DNA from: Dictyostelium discoideum
Lineage: Eukaryota
Direction of reading: 5' to 3'
DNA length: 64,000 nucleotides
Assembly (NCBI GenBank): GCA_000004695.1
Contig: CM000152.2
Coordinates: 3,072,001 to 3,136,000 of the forward strand
Part shown: one piece after another, positions 1 through 14,999 of the stretch
Position numbering within the stretch: position 1 is the first letter of the stretch
How the letters are laid out: each line of letters starts with the position of its first letter
Made by a program: the position numbers and the translations under genes
The notes under the pieces: model-generated
Database searches by the model: none
The model's input: the letters and a program-made list of their open reading frames with translations, nothing else
Told to the model about the DNA's origin: nothing

Positions 1-1
1 T

Positions 2-2445
2 GAAAATGAAAATGAAAATGAAAATGAAAATGAAAATGAAAATGAAAATGAAAATAAAAATGAAAATGAAAATGAAAATGAAAATGAAAATGAAAATGAA
101 GATGAAGAATTAGTCGAAATTGATGAAAAGGTTAATAATAATAATAATAATATAGTCAATAGTTTAGAGAATGTTCAATTAGATGATACAGATGTAACAA
201 AAGTAGAACAAAGACAATCAATGTGGATTGGTTCACAACCTGCTAAAAAAGAAAGAGAAGCACCAAGAATTTCAACTTCATCAAATCTTAGACAATCTTC
301 AAATGATTTAAATTCTTCAGGAGGTACTAATACTCCAAAAACACCAAGATCAACAACTCCACCACAAAATGAAAATTCATGTAATACTACTGCTACCACT
401 ACTACCATTACTACTTCTGTAACAACAACACCAACACCAACAACAACACCAGCAACAACAACAACATCATCAAGTTTATCATCATGGTGGAATGGATTAA
501 GTTTTAAATTAAGAACTCCACCAACAACACCATCAAATTCACAAATATTTACACCAACATTATTAAATGAACAACAGGATGAGGTTGAGGATCAAATATT
601 TACACATTCAGCAATTGATTCAGCAACTAAAATCGTTAGAGAGGGTTATTTAAATAAGCAAGGTCATCTAAGAAAGAATTGGTTATGTAGATATTTCATA
701 TTGACTGAAACCTCATTAGAGTATTATAAAGACAAAGGTAGAGAATTCTTAAATAGAATTCCATTGAGCGAATGTTCAATAACAATGGCAGAAATTGAAA
801 TAAAGAAATCACTATGCTTCAAGATCACTCATAATCCTACGAAAAGACCATTTTATTTATTCTCCAATGAAAGAGCAAACACTAACGAATACGAACGTGA
901 TAGTTATGAATGGATTGGGTCAGTTCAAGAGATTATCGATTTACAAATACTAAATCTTCAACAACAACAACAACAACAAAATCCTGATGGTTTAACAAAT
1001 TTAGATCCTTCAGCTTCAATCGTTACAGAATCTCATAAAAACTATGAATTGGTTCATTGTATGTCACATGCTTTACTCTTTTCTTTAGGTAAAATTTCTG
1101 CTGCTCAAATGACTGATATTTGTATGGAAGATTTCCAATCTTCTGAAACTTTTAATATAAATAAAGAAGTTACATCTTCAAACTCAACAACACCACTATC
1201 ATCTTCACCATCACCTGAAAGTTTAATAAATCAACAATCACAATCACAACAACCACAATTACAACCACAATCACAACAAAATATAAATACAAATAATAAT
1301 AATAATAATAATAATAATTTAATAAATAGTGGTAATAATATACCGAATATGACAAAATCACTATTTTCATATAAATTTACAGATTATTCACCAAAAGTTT
1401 TTAGGAAAATTAGAGAACTATCAAATGTAAATTCAGCGGATTATATGATATCATTAACTCAAAATACTTTAACTGAAGAACCAACTCAAGGAAAGAGTAA
1501 TTCACTATTCTATTTCACTTCTGATAAAAAATTACTTATTAAAACAATTACAACTACTGAATTTGAACAATTAAAATCAATTTTACCAAATTATTATTTT
1601 GTATGTTATTTATTATTATTATTATTATTATCTTCATACACTATATAATAACAATAATAATAACATTATTTTTTTATTTTTTTTTTTTAATAATATTTAG
1701 CATTTATCACAAAATCCAGATTCATTAATTGTAAAATTTTATGGTTTACATTATATTAGTCCATCAAAAATGAGAAATACATATTTTGTTGTAATGGAGA
1801 ATATATTTACAGATATTCATATGGATGAAATTTATGATTTAAAAGGTAGTACACTTCAAAGAAAAGCTCAAGAAGGTAAAAGAGTATTAATGGATTTAGA
1901 TTTTTGTACTAGAATTTTCATTTCTGATGAAATGAAATTTAAATTTTTTAAACAAATTGAAAGTGATTGTAATGTAAGTTTAATAATAAATAATAAATAA
2001 TAATATATATATATATATATATATATATTGAATCTAAATATATTTTTTTATTTATTTATTTATTTAGTTTTTAGAGAAGAATCAGTCAATGGACTATAGT
2101 TTATTATTAGGAATTCATTATTTAAAGGGTGGTAAGAAAATTGATGAAAAAGAAGTTACAGATAGTAAACAAGCATTATTTAAGAGAGAATTGGGTGGAG
2201 TGATTGCAAGAACTCATGATGGTGAACTTTATGATAAGGTTTACTATATTGGAATCATTGATATTTTAACAGTTTATAATATTAAAAAACAAATTGAACA
2301 TACTTATAAATCAGTGGCATATGATACAACAGATTCAATGTCTGCTGTAAATCCAAATACTTATACTAAACGTTTCCAAAAATTCATTCAAAAAATTACT
2401 GGTTGGAATAAAAATAATAATAATAATAATAAAATCAATGAATAA
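2..2445 (+). CDS. Phosphatidylinositol phosphate kinase (PIP5K-like) with an N-terminal PH domain. It is 5'-partial: the ORF runs in from upstream of the window through the (GAAAAT)n Glu-Asn repeat. Exons: <2..1600, 1701..1973, 2068..2445.
   Basis: A PH-domain stretch (KIVREGYLNKQGHLRKNWLCRYFILTE...YEWIGSVQEI) is followed by PIPK core motifs: KFTDYSPKVFRKIREL, DYMISL, ILPNYY, then HLSQNPDSLIVKFYGLHYIS after a GTATGT..AG intron. After a second GTAAGT intron comes FLEKNQSMDYSLLLGIHY ... YYIGIIDILT. Both introns are in phase and AT-rich, and the stop is at 2443-2445. Confidence 0.85.
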
Positions 2446-2532
2446 TAAAAAAAAAAAAAAAAAAAAGAAAAAGAAAAAGAAAAGCTATTTTTATAAAATT
2501 TATAAATAATTTTTTTATATGGTTTTGGACCT

Positions 2533-2578
<46 letters not shown>

Positions 2579-2703
2579 TTTATTTTATTTTATTTTATTT
2601 TATTTTATTTTTTTTTTTTTTTTTTTTTTTGGAATTTAATTTTTTTTTTTTTTTTTTGTTTTTTTTTTTAAAAAATTTTAAAAAAAAAAAAAAAGAAAGA
2701 GAT

Positions 2704-4362
2704 ATGACGACTATCAAAACAATTACATTACCACTCTATGTTCAAAAATTTATAATTAAATTATTATGTCGACATATAAATAATAATAATAAATTAATTG
2801 AACCATCAGATTTTTTTATTGATTATAGGGATAATGAAGATGAAATTAAGAGATTAATATTTTCAATAGCATTAGTATCAAAAGATTGGTTAAAATCATT
2901 ATCAAATTATTTAAATGTTGCAGTAGATTTCAATTTTTTAGAAAAAGAAAAAGATAATCAATTTACAATCTTTAAAGAAGAAAACATTAAAATTTTAAAA
3001 ATTCACTATGATCATGAAAAGAAATATTTTTATAAAATGATACCAAGAATAAAAAAGAATTTAGAAGAAATTGAAAATAATAATAGTAATAATAATAATA
3101 ATAATAGTGAAAATAATAATAATGAAAATAATATTAATAATATTTTAATTGATAATGAAGAAGAAAATAAAAAATATATTGAAAAAGAGATTAGTTTAAA
3201 ATTTGTTAATAAAAGGTTAGAAAATTTATCAAAGAATGGAATTTTTAAAAAATTAATATTTAGAAATATAAATACTCATCAAAATATTGATATTATTGAT
3301 CAACTTTTTGAATGTGAAGCAACTGAAGAAGGTTTACAAGTATTAGAATTTGAATTGAATGAAGATACAACAATGGAAAGAATTAATCATTATAAGAAAA
3401 AGATTAAAAAAGTTTTCTCTATTATAATTAATGAATGTTTAAATGAAGAATTAATAGTTGATGTTTTTAAAAATTGGTCAAAAGATTTAAATCAATTTTA
3501 TATAATTTCATGTAGCATTACACCATTTCCGATATTTCAAATTTTAGCTGGTATTGGTGAAATTACTTCATTCACTTCTGATTTTTTAAATGATAGTAGT
3601 AATTGTATAAATAATAACAATAATACCACTACTACTACTAATAATAATAATATTGATAATAATAAACCATATAAAACTGGTATAAATTATTTATCAAATA
3701 TTCAATTTTTTGAGATTTATGGTATGGAAATAACATTTGATGAATTGGAAGTATTGATTACACCAAAGATAACGCCTAAATTAAGATACTTATCAATTAA
3801 TATATGTTTTGATAAGTTGATGTATTTTTTAGCAACTGAACAGGAAAGAGTGAAATTAAACATTCCAAGATGTAATTGTTGTAGTCTTTTAAACGAACAA
3901 TTTGGTTATGACCCACAAGATCAAAAAGATTTCGATGCTCATTGGGCAACCATTTCAAATTTGTTAAAAAATAATAAAACTTTGAAAGCTTTGGATTTAG
4001 GTCACGAATGTACTGACGCTGGTGAACTTATGAATTGGGGAGACACTTTTCCAACTAGTTTTGTTGAAAGAGTTGGTGCTTTAGTATCCTCAATTCCAAA
4101 TTTAAGTAGATTCATCATGATGGGTGCTAATTGTCCACAAATATTTCACGAAATTGCAAAACAAAATAAATCAATCATTCATTTCGAATCTGGTATCCTA
4201 TCTGGTCTAACAGATCATTCAAATTATGCATTATCTTTGGAAACTCTAATTGAAAATAATCCACATATCGAATCTTTTAATTTCTCAAAATTTTGCTTTG
4301 CTTTAGAAAATGGTTCATATTCTTATAAAAAAATTTCAGTATTTAATTTTCCAAAAAAATAA
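2704..4362 (+). CDS. Hypothetical protein, 552 aa, with an F-box-like N-terminus and a possible RNI/LRR-like C-terminal region.
   Basis: A long ORF starts at the ATG at 2704, just after poly-A/T promoter-like sequence. The N-terminus (LPLYVQKFIIKLL...ALVSKDWLKSLSNYL) resembles an F-box. No introns were needed. The low-complexity Asn runs are typical Dictyostelium. Confidence 0.55.
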   Translation: MTTIKTITLPLYVQKFIIKLLCRHINNNNKLIEPSDFFIDYRDNEDEIKRLIFSIALVSKDWLKSLSNYLNVAVDFNFLEKEKDNQFTIFKEENIKILKIHYDHEKKYFYKMIPRIKKNLEEIENNNSNNNNNNSENNNNENNINNILIDNEEENKKYIEKEISLKFVNKRLENLSKNGIFKKLIFRNINTHQNIDIIDQLFECEATEEGLQVLEFELNEDTTMERINHYKKKIKKVFSIIINECLNEELIVDVFKNWSKDLNQFYIISCSITPFPIFQILAGIGEITSFTSDFLNDSSNCINNNNNTTTTTNNNNIDNNKPYKTGINYLSNIQFFEIYGMEITFDELEVLITPKITPKLRYLSINICFDKLMYFLATEQERVKLNIPRCNCCSLLNEQFGYDPQDQKDFDAHWATISNLLKNNKTLKALDLGHECTDAGELMNWGDTFPTSFVERVGALVSSIPNLSRFIMMGANCPQIFHEIAKQNKSIIHFESGILSGLTDHSNYALSLETLIENNPHIESFNFSKFCFALENGSYSYKKISVFNFPKK

Positions 4363-4447
4363 AATTTAAAATTAAATTAATTAATTAAATAAATAAATAA
4401 TAATAATAATAATAATAATAAAAATAATTGTTTTTTTATTTATTTAT

Positions 4448-5678
4448 TTATCTTTTTGAAAAATTACCATTAAAATAAAAAAATGAATCAGAATAAAATG
4501 ATAAATAGTTAAAGTAATTTGTAGATTGGAATGTATAAATAATGTTAAAATCATTTTGTAAATCAATGAATTTATAGGTAACTTGTGAATTATTGATGTC
4601 ATTACCACCATCCATAATCATTAAATAATTAAAATCTGGTGAAAAGAAATAAGGTGTAAATTCAAGTGAAATTCCTGTAGTATTGAATGTAATTAATGTT
4701 GTTACTTGACTATTTTCTAAATTAAATTGATGAATTGAATAACTATTTCCAGACTCGTCATTGGAAATATAATAAACAGTTCCTGAGATTACGAATAATT
4801 CACCGCCATATTTTGAATATGGAAGATTTGAAGTTGGAATTTTATAAGTTTCAATATTCGTTACTTTACCATTCACAATTGGTGTATCAATTGATGTTAA
4901 ATATGGTGTTGCATTATCACCATTACCATAATAAATGAAATACATTTTATTATTTATTGAATCGTAACTTGAAAATACTGTAACTGATGAATTATAATCT
5001 GGTAATTCAATTTGAATTAAGTTACTAATAAAAATAAAAAATTAATAAAAATAAATTAATAAAAAAATAACAACAATTTTTTAAAAAAAAAAAAATTATA
5101 ATTTTATATGTAATTACAGTAAATGAGAATTAAAATCCCAATTTGAAAGTGTAAGATCAGGTAATGAACTTGAATAATCAATAGTTGGAATATAGAAATC
5201 GTTCCCGATTTGAATATATTTTTGATCAGGATTTGAACTTGTTAGATCAACATCAACAACTGGTTTAGACATAGTTGAGAATTGATTACTTTGAAAATTA
5301 TAATCAACTGTTACAAAAAATGTTGGTCCTCCATCCTTTTGTTGATAACTTGATAAAGTTGTAAACTAATATTGAAAAAAAAAAAAATTATTAAATTGTT
5401 AATTTTTTAAAAAAAAAATTTTATTTGGAAATTATAATAATAATAATAATAATAATTACAGTTTGATCAACTAATGAAGAAATATATTTAACAGAAAGTT
5501 GTAAATTTTTTTTACCAGCTTGAATTAAGGGTAATGTATTATTAAAAACTAAATCACCAGTATTAATATCAATCATCATGAATGTATTATCATTAGTGAA
5601 AGTATATATGTATTGGCTTTGACTGTCTACAAAGAATGTGATTAATAAGATTTGCAAGATAATAAATAATATTTTCAT
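4448..5678 (-). CDS. Secreted hypothetical protein, 347 aa. Exons on the minus strand: 5678..5460, 5365..5118, 5024..4448.
   Basis: An N-terminal signal peptide (MKILFIILQILLITFFVDSQS) is present. Two AT-rich introns have GTAATT donors and AG acceptors. Phases fit (219+248+577 = 1044 nt) and the stop is at 4448. No similarity I recognise. Confidence 0.6.
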
Positions 5679-6455
5679 TTTTAGGTTATTTAATTAACAA
5701 AACGAAAAAAAAAAAAAAAAATAAAAAAAAAAAAATAAAAAAAATAATAAAAAAAAAATAAAACTTTTGGAAAAAAAAAAAAAAAAAATCTAACAAAAAC
5801 CATGGAATGACAACATTTCATAAATATCTTTTTATTTTTTATTTTTTTTTTTTTTTTCAAAAAATAATTGTCATAAATTTTAGTCCACAAATTATATTAT
5901 GCTGAAAAAAAAAGAATTCTTTTTTTTCCACTTGGATTATTATTCAATTATAACAATATTTATACATTTATATTTTTTTTTTTTTTTTTATTTTTTTTTT
6001 TTAACATTATTTTTAGAATTGTTGCATTTATTTTTTTTTTTTTTTATTTTTATTTTACATTTATTTTTTTTTTTTTATTTTTATTTTAATGGGTTGGGGG
6101 TTAATCAGTTATTTTAATTCATTAATCTCACACTGAAAATTAAAAAAAAAAAATAAAAAAATAAAAAATAAGTGTTGATTTTAATTATAAAAAAAATAAA
6201 AAATAAATGTTGATTTTAATTATAAAATTTTAAATGGAAATATCCTAATGTTTTTTTAATTTTTTTTTGGAAACAAAAAGAATTTTGAAATGTTTTCAGC
6301 AATTTCAATTGTTTTTTTTTATTTTTTTTTATTTTTTTTATTTTTTTTTATTTTTATTTTATTTTATTTTTTTTTTTATTTTTTTTTTTTCAGTTTTAAA
6401 AAAAAACTATTTTTCTTTTTTTTTTTTTTTTTTTACAATTTATTATTTTTGGAAA

Positions 6456-7770
6456 ATGTCAACCAAATCTATTGTTTTATTTGTTTTATTAGCAGTTGCA
6501 ATTGTCTCTGGTGCACATCAATCATGTGTTAAGAGAGTAAATGCACCAACCTCAATTATTAAATCACAACTCCCAAGTGAATATATCGATGAAGATACTT
6601 TACCAACTCAATATGAGTATGTTTTATTACTTAATGAATAATAAATGATTATTATATAAGGTTTTTACAAGTTTCTTTGATTATTCTAATGTTTTATAAT
6701 TTTTTTTTTTTTTTTTTTTTTACCCTAAAATAGTTGGAGAAATATTTCAGGTTCATCATACATCACTATTACCCGTAATCAACATGTAATTATCATCACA
6801 TATATATATATTTATATCCTTTTTCTTATTTTTACAAATTATTAACATACTTCTATAGTTACCACAATGTATGTAATAGGTTTTTTAGGTTTATTTTTAG
6901 GTTTATTATAGGATTTTTAGGATTTTTTATTTGTATTTTTTTAAAAGGATTTCAAGAAAAACAAACAATTAACATTAAAATTTTATTTAATTTTATTTAT
7001 TATTTTGAAAAATTCATTTAGATTGCGGTAGTTGTTGGGCTCATGTAGGTATTTTATTTTAATATTGTTTTAATTCATTTGATTTATAATGATATTAACT
7101 GTTTATTACTATTTATTATTATTGTTTTATTTTAGGGTACCACATCAGCTTTAGGTGATCGTATTAAAATCGGTCGTAAAGGTACTTTCCCAGAAGTTGT
7201 TCTTGCCCCACAAGTTTTATTAAACTGTGCTGGTCCAGATAATACCTGTGGTAAGTAATATGTTTTTTAAAAATAAATTTTATATTAGTAAATGATATCA
7301 TTTACTAATCATTATAAAAATAAAAAATAAAAAATAAAAAATAAAAAATAAAAAATAAAAAATAAAATAAAATAAAATAAAATAAAATAAAATAAAATAA
7401 AAATAAAAAAGATGGTGGTGATCCAACTGAAGCATACGCCTATATGGCCGCTAAAGGTATCACTGATGAAACTTGTGCTCCATATGAAGCAATTGATAAT
7501 GAATGTAATGCTGAAGGTATTTGCAAAAACTGTAACTTTGATTTATCAAACCCAACTGCTGATTGTTTCGCTCAACCAACTTATACTACTTATTTCGTTG
7601 AAGAACACGGTCAAGTTAATGGCTCAGTTGCTATGATGCAAGAAATTTTCGCTCGTGGTCCAATTGCCTGTGGTATGGAAGGTAAATATCAATTTATATT
7701 TTAAAAAATTACTATTATTATTTTATTATTATTTATTTTTCAAATCCAAGCAAAAAAAAATATTAATTAA

Positions 7771-7827
<57 letters not shown>

Positions 7828-8086
7828 TCAAAATTAAATAGTTACTGATGCATTCGAATCATACACAAGTGGTGTTTTCACCTCATCAGTTGGTTCAACT
7901 GGTGAAATTAATCACGAAATCTCAATCATTGGTTGGGGTACTGAAAATGGTGTTGACTATTGGATTGGTCGTAACTCATGGGGTACATATTTTGGTGAAT
8001 TAGGTTTCTTTAGAATTCAACGTGGTATTGATCTTTTATCAATTGAAAGTGCTTGCGATTGGGCTGTTCCAAAGAACTTAGAATAA
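6456..8086 (+). CDS. ctsZ: Cathepsin Z/X-like papain-family cysteine protease, 291 aa. Seven exons: 6456..6616, 6734..6785, 6859..6868, 7022..7044, 7136..7250, 7412..7681, 7842..8086.
   Basis: There is a signal peptide (MSTKSIVLFVLLAVAIVSGA). The spliced product reads [50 protein letters not shown] ... GDPTEAYAYMAAKGITDETC ... ACGMEVTDAFESYTSGVF ... NHEISIIGWG ... WIGRNSWG. That is colinear with human cathepsin Z, including the catalytic Cys, His and Asn regions and the HIP-type mini-loop. All junctions use GT..AG and phases are consistent (876 nt in total). The Dictyostelium gene symbol is assumed from the family. Confidence 0.85.
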
Positions 8087-8608
8087 AAAAACATCTAAAA
8101 TAATAAAAAATAATAAAAAAAATAAAAAAAAATATTAGTGTGTTATTACAATAATTTTTAAAAATCATTTACCAATCTATTCTTTTTTTTTTTTTTTTTT
8201 TTTAATTTTTTTTTTTAAAAAAGGTCTTTTGTGTTTATTTTTTTACAAGTTCACAAAAATGGTTAAATTAGTAACTGAGATATATTTTTTATTTAATTGG
8301 TGGTTCTTTTTATTATTTTTTTTTTATTTGAATAAATTTAAAATTAAAAAAATTAAATTTTATTTTAACAAATATAACACGTAAATATAATATATGTTTT
8401 GTTTAAAAATTAAAAAAGAAATATGTTAATAGATTTTCAAATAATTTTTTTTAATATTCTCATTATATTTTTTTCTTTTTTATTAATATTTTGTCAAATT
8501 AAATTCAATTTTAAAATTAACCACTTCTTTTATTAGTATTTTTTTCAAAATATTAAAACTTTGGTTTATAACTGAAGTTAATTTTTTTTAAAAAATAATA
8601 AAAAAATA

Positions 8609-8616
8609 CCCACAAA
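8609..8616 (+). promoter_or_regulatory. DUSE-like motif ACCCACAA (the Dictyostelium upstream sequence element found before small ncRNA genes), in the intergenic region between ctsZ and the monooxygenase gene.
   Basis: Exact match to the [A/T]CCCA[C/T]AA consensus as I remember it. The downstream ~150 nt has no obvious structured RNA, so this is weak. Confidence 0.2.
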
Positions 8617-9000
8617 AAAGAACCAAAAATTTAAAAAAATATAATTAAAAATTAATTTCTAAATATATCAAACTAATTTTCATTTACAATTAAAATTTAA
8701 AATCCTTAAATAAAGATATATAAACGATTAGTTTCAATTTTATTAAATTTTTTTATTTTTGTTTTTTTAAATTTAATTATATTCAGTTTCTAAATTTGGA
8801 AACATATAAAATCTTAATTAAATGACATTATTAAATGACATTAAAACATCATAACTACAATATTCTTTTAATGATCACATAATTCTAGATTTTTTATTTT
8901 TTTTTTTTTTATATTATTTTTTTTTTTTTTTTAAATTTCACCACATAAATGGAAATTCTAATTCTAGAATTTATAAAAGTGATAAGGTTTTTAATAGTGA

Positions 9001-9038
9001 GTGGAAGTAAAAGTAGTGGGGGTGGTGGTGTAGAGTGG
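9001..9038 (+). promoter_or_regulatory. G-rich G-box-like element (GTGGAAGTAAAAGTAGTGGGGGTGGTGGTGTAGAGTGG), about 290 bp upstream of the monooxygenase ATG, next to a 12-bp palindrome AATTCTAGAATT (8960..8971).
   Basis: It is a striking G/T-rich island in otherwise >85% AT intergenic DNA. G/T-rich G boxes are known regulatory elements in Dictyostelium developmental promoters. AATTCTAGA also occurs at 8881..8889. Confidence 0.3.
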
Positions 9039-9324
9039 TTTTTTTTTCTTCTTATATAGTCATAATGGCATCAATTTTAATTTTTTTTTTTTTTTTTACT
9101 ATATCTGATATAACTAAATTTTTATTCAAATAATTTAAAATTAATTTTTTTTTAATTTTTTATTTTCCTATAAATATTTTTCATTAAAAAAAAAAAAAAA
9201 AAAAAAAAAATTTATAATTATATAAAAATAAAAAATATAAACAAATAATTTAATAAATAATAAAATAAATAATAGCAATAATTAAATAAATAATTAAATA
9301 AAAAAATAAAGAAGAAAATAAAAA

Positions 9325-10617
9325 ATGAATAAAAATATTAAAGATATGAAAATTGTAATTTGTGGAGGCGGAATGAGTGGCTTGGGATTGGCAAGAGTAC
9401 TTCAATTAAAAGGTTGTAAAAATGTTAAAGTTTATGAGAGATCAACTCATAAATATTCAAGATTACAAGGTTCGTCATTAGATTTACATGCAAAACTTGG
9501 TCAAAAATTAATTATAGCAGCAGGTTTACAAGAACAATTTGCAGCCTTTTCAAGACCAGATGGAGAATGTTTTTCATTTTGTGATAAAAGTGGAAATATT
9601 AATGTCAGAAAACCATATTTAAAGATTGCTAGTAAAAGACCAGAAATTGATAGAGGTGATTTACGTGATATCCTTATGGATTCATTGTTACCAGATACTA
9701 TCGAATGGGATTATCATTTCAAATCATTGAAACAAATCGAAAATGATCAAATTGAATTAACATTTACAAATAACGATGGTACAATTGTTAGAGATGCCGT
9801 CATTGCAGATTTGGTTATTGGATGTGATGGTGTTCATTCAAAAGTTAGAAAATATGTTACTCTTGATCAATTTAAACCAGAATATATGGGAATTACAATG
9901 ATTGAAGGTGAAATTACTGATGCAAAGAATTCATGTCCTGAAATTTATAATTTAGTTAATCAAGGTTTAATGTTTGTTATGGAAGATGGAATTGTAATGT
10001 TAGCTCAACAAAAAACAGATGGAAATATTGTATTTAGTTTTGCTCAAAAAGTTGAAAAAGATTGGATAAATAATCAAGGTTTTAATTTATCAGTTAATTC
10101 ATCATCATCTGATGATGATGTTAAAAACTACTTAAAAAATAAATTAATTCCATCATGGTCACCAATATTCCATAGATTAATTGATTCATCAATAACACCA
10201 TTCAAACCAAGAGTTTTATATCGTGCACCAATTAATCAAGAGTGGAAATCTCAATCAAATATTACAATAATCGGGGATGCAGCCCATTCAATTTCTCCAT
10301 TTGCTGGATTAGGTTGTAACATTGCATTATATGATTCTTTTGAATTGGCAAATATTTTAACAAAAGATATCGATTGTACAACTCAAAAACCATTATTGGA
10401 AAAAATTCAAATCTTTGAAAAAAGTATGTTAAATAGATGGAGAACTGCAGCAAAAGAAACAATGGAAAATGAAAATTCTGTTTTCTTACCAAATGGTATA
10501 GATGCTTTAAAAAAAAGAATTGGTGGAATTTATTATTATTTTAATTGTATTTTATCAGTAAGCAAAGTTGTGAATTATATTAATTATTTTACTGATTTAA
10601 TTTTATTAACTAAATAA
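9325..10617 (+). CDS. FAD-dependent aromatic-ring monooxygenase/hydroxylase family protein (salicylate hydroxylase / UbiH-like), 430 aa.
   Basis: N-terminal dinucleotide-binding motif (KIVICGGGMSGLGLA), a DG box (GCDGVHSKVR) and a C-terminal FAD motif (GDAAHSISPFAGLGCNIALYDSFELA). It is a single ORF. The extreme C-terminus (hydrophobic tail) could hide a short terminal intron. Confidence 0.75.
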   Translation: MNKNIKDMKIVICGGGMSGLGLARVLQLKGCKNVKVYERSTHKYSRLQGSSLDLHAKLGQKLIIAAGLQEQFAAFSRPDGECFSFCDKSGNINVRKPYLKIASKRPEIDRGDLRDILMDSLLPDTIEWDYHFKSLKQIENDQIELTFTNNDGTIVRDAVIADLVIGCDGVHSKVRKYVTLDQFKPEYMGITMIEGEITDAKNSCPEIYNLVNQGLMFVMEDGIVMLAQQKTDGNIVFSFAQKVEKDWINNQGFNLSVNSSSSDDDVKNYLKNKLIPSWSPIFHRLIDSSITPFKPRVLYRAPINQEWKSQSNITIIGDAAHSISPFAGLGCNIALYDSFELANILTKDIDCTTQKPLLEKIQIFEKSMLNRWRTAAKETMENENSVFLPNGIDALKKRIGGIYYYFNCILSVSKVVNYINYFTDLILLTK

Positions 10618-10695
10618 ATAAATAAATAAATAAATAGAAATTTTAAATTATTATATATATATATATTTTTAAATTATTTATAATTTTTTTATTAT

Positions 10696-11842
10696 TTATA
10701 TTTTATATAAGTTTAAACAATTTGTTTTAAAAATTTTAAAAGCAAATTCTTTTGATTCTTTTAAAGTTATTTCATTATTTTTTAAAGATTTTGAAAGAAC
10801 TTTGAATATTATATTTCTTGCCCAAATTGAACCGAGATAGAATAATTCAGGTATATAATGACTATCAGAACTATAAATGATTTTATCAATTGGAGCTAAT
10901 TCTAACATTGATTGAATTGAATTTTTCATACCACTTATTGAGAGGAAAGGAATTGCTAAACCAATATCAACATATACATTTGGATAAACCCAACTTAAAA
11001 ATCCTGCTTCCCTAAAAAATGGATAAGAGCAATGTAATAATACAATTGGAACATTTGGATATGATTCAATTAATGGTTTCAATAATAATGGATTTGATAA
11101 TTCTAATGATAAATCTGAATCACCAAATCCAGTATGAATTTGAATTGGCATTGGTTTTGATAATGTTGATGAAACTCCCATTGCAATATGAATGAAAAAA
11201 TTAATCATTGTTTTATTTTCAATTCTATAATTAGTTTGATTGATTGTTGTTATAATATTACCACTACTATTATTAATATTATTATTATTATTATTATTAT
11301 TACTATTATTAATTTGAATTTCATTAATTACTTTTTCAAATTCTTCTAAAACTTTTTGAATTGATGGATTTTCAACACCTAAACCACATCTATACGCAAC
11401 AATACTTTTTAAACCAATTACTTTAATATCATCAATTGGATTATCAATTGTATCTCTAAATAGTTTTTCAACGTATGTTTTCCAAACAAAAAATGACATA
11501 CCATTGGTTTTTGCATCTATTAAACTTTTCTCTAATAATGTTTCCAATCTAATTACTTTGTAGACCTTTGTAAATTGTGAATGCCAACTATTTGATTTCA
11601 ATGGTAACTCTACAGAGTTTATTGAGAATTTTAATGAATCATCTAAAATTATTGCTTCAATATTTGATCTTGTAAAAACTCCTCTCATTATATTATCTGT
11701 ACCAATTTCATTTCTTTTCATATTTATTTCATGTTCAATTATATTTTCATCAATCTCTCCATTTTCTTCCTGTTCTTCTATAAAATCTTTACCATAATAA
11801 AATTTATAAATATCTTTTATACTTCTTTTAAATATCAATGTA

Positions 11843-11877
<35 letters not shown>

Positions 11878-12110
11878 AAATAAATTATAATTAGTTTATT
11901 TAATTGTTTACTTTAAAATAAAATAATTAAAATTACTTTTAGTTGATTTAAAAATAATGGATTATTTATTGAATCACCCTCTGATAAAACAAAAGCTAAC
12001 GGTAATTCAATATTTGGTTGTTTATCTATAACATTATGACAATGATGATCGATTATTGGTAAAGTTTTAATAAAACTTTCCAATTGATTAATTTTATCTT
12101 GCATATTCAT
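10696..12110 (-). CDS. Amidohydrolase-2 (TIM-barrel metal-dependent hydrolase) family protein, about 440 aa. Exons: 12110..11937, 11844..10696.
   Basis: Exon 1 (MNMQDKINQ...IIDHHCHNV...) carries the N-terminal metal-binding HxH. Exon 2 has HTGFGD and HCSYP motifs and a conserved Asp. The intron runs from a GTAATT donor after ...LNQLK to an AG acceptor before STLIFKRS, in phase 0. The ORF-track start of the large ORF is a TTG. Confidence 0.65.
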
Positions 12111-12351
12111 GATTTTTAAACAATATATAAGATGATGTAAAAATTTTATTATATCTGGTGAAAAAAAAAAAAAAAAAAGTGTATCTAATAAAATGGTGAA
12201 AATTTTAAAAAAAAAAAAATAAAAATAAAATAAAAAAATAAAAAAAAAAATTGATTTAATAAATTGTTTATTAATGAAAACAATTTAATCTAAGATTTAA
12301 TTTTAAATTTCTGTTTTTTTTGTTTATTTAATAAATTTTGTAATCAGTTTG

Positions 12352-14922
<2,571 letters not shown>

Positions 14923-14961
14923 TTTCTTTTTTTTTTGAAAAATTTAGAAATATAAAATTAT

Positions 14962-14999
<38 letters not shown>

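Noticed and set aside
1-115. (GAAAAT)n tandem hexamer array at the window start, which could superficially look like a CRISPR or satellite repeat.
   Set aside because: It is in frame with the downstream PIP-kinase ORF and encodes (Glu-Asn)n. No spacers are present. It is ordinary Dictyostelium coding low-complexity.
2629-2703. ORF-track start at 2629 (MEFNFFFFFLFFFLKNFKKKKKERD) for the F-box-like gene.
   Set aside because: This region is T/A homopolymer and the 'Met' is a TTG. The first real ATG is at 2704.
5690-6117. Poly-Phe/poly-Lys ORFs in homopolymeric spacers (also 21164..21721, 22024..22236, 22750..22950, 37400..37733, 43111..43350, 46262..46546).
   Set aside because: These are pure A/T homopolymer intergenic or promoter DNA with no codon structure and no splice or start context.
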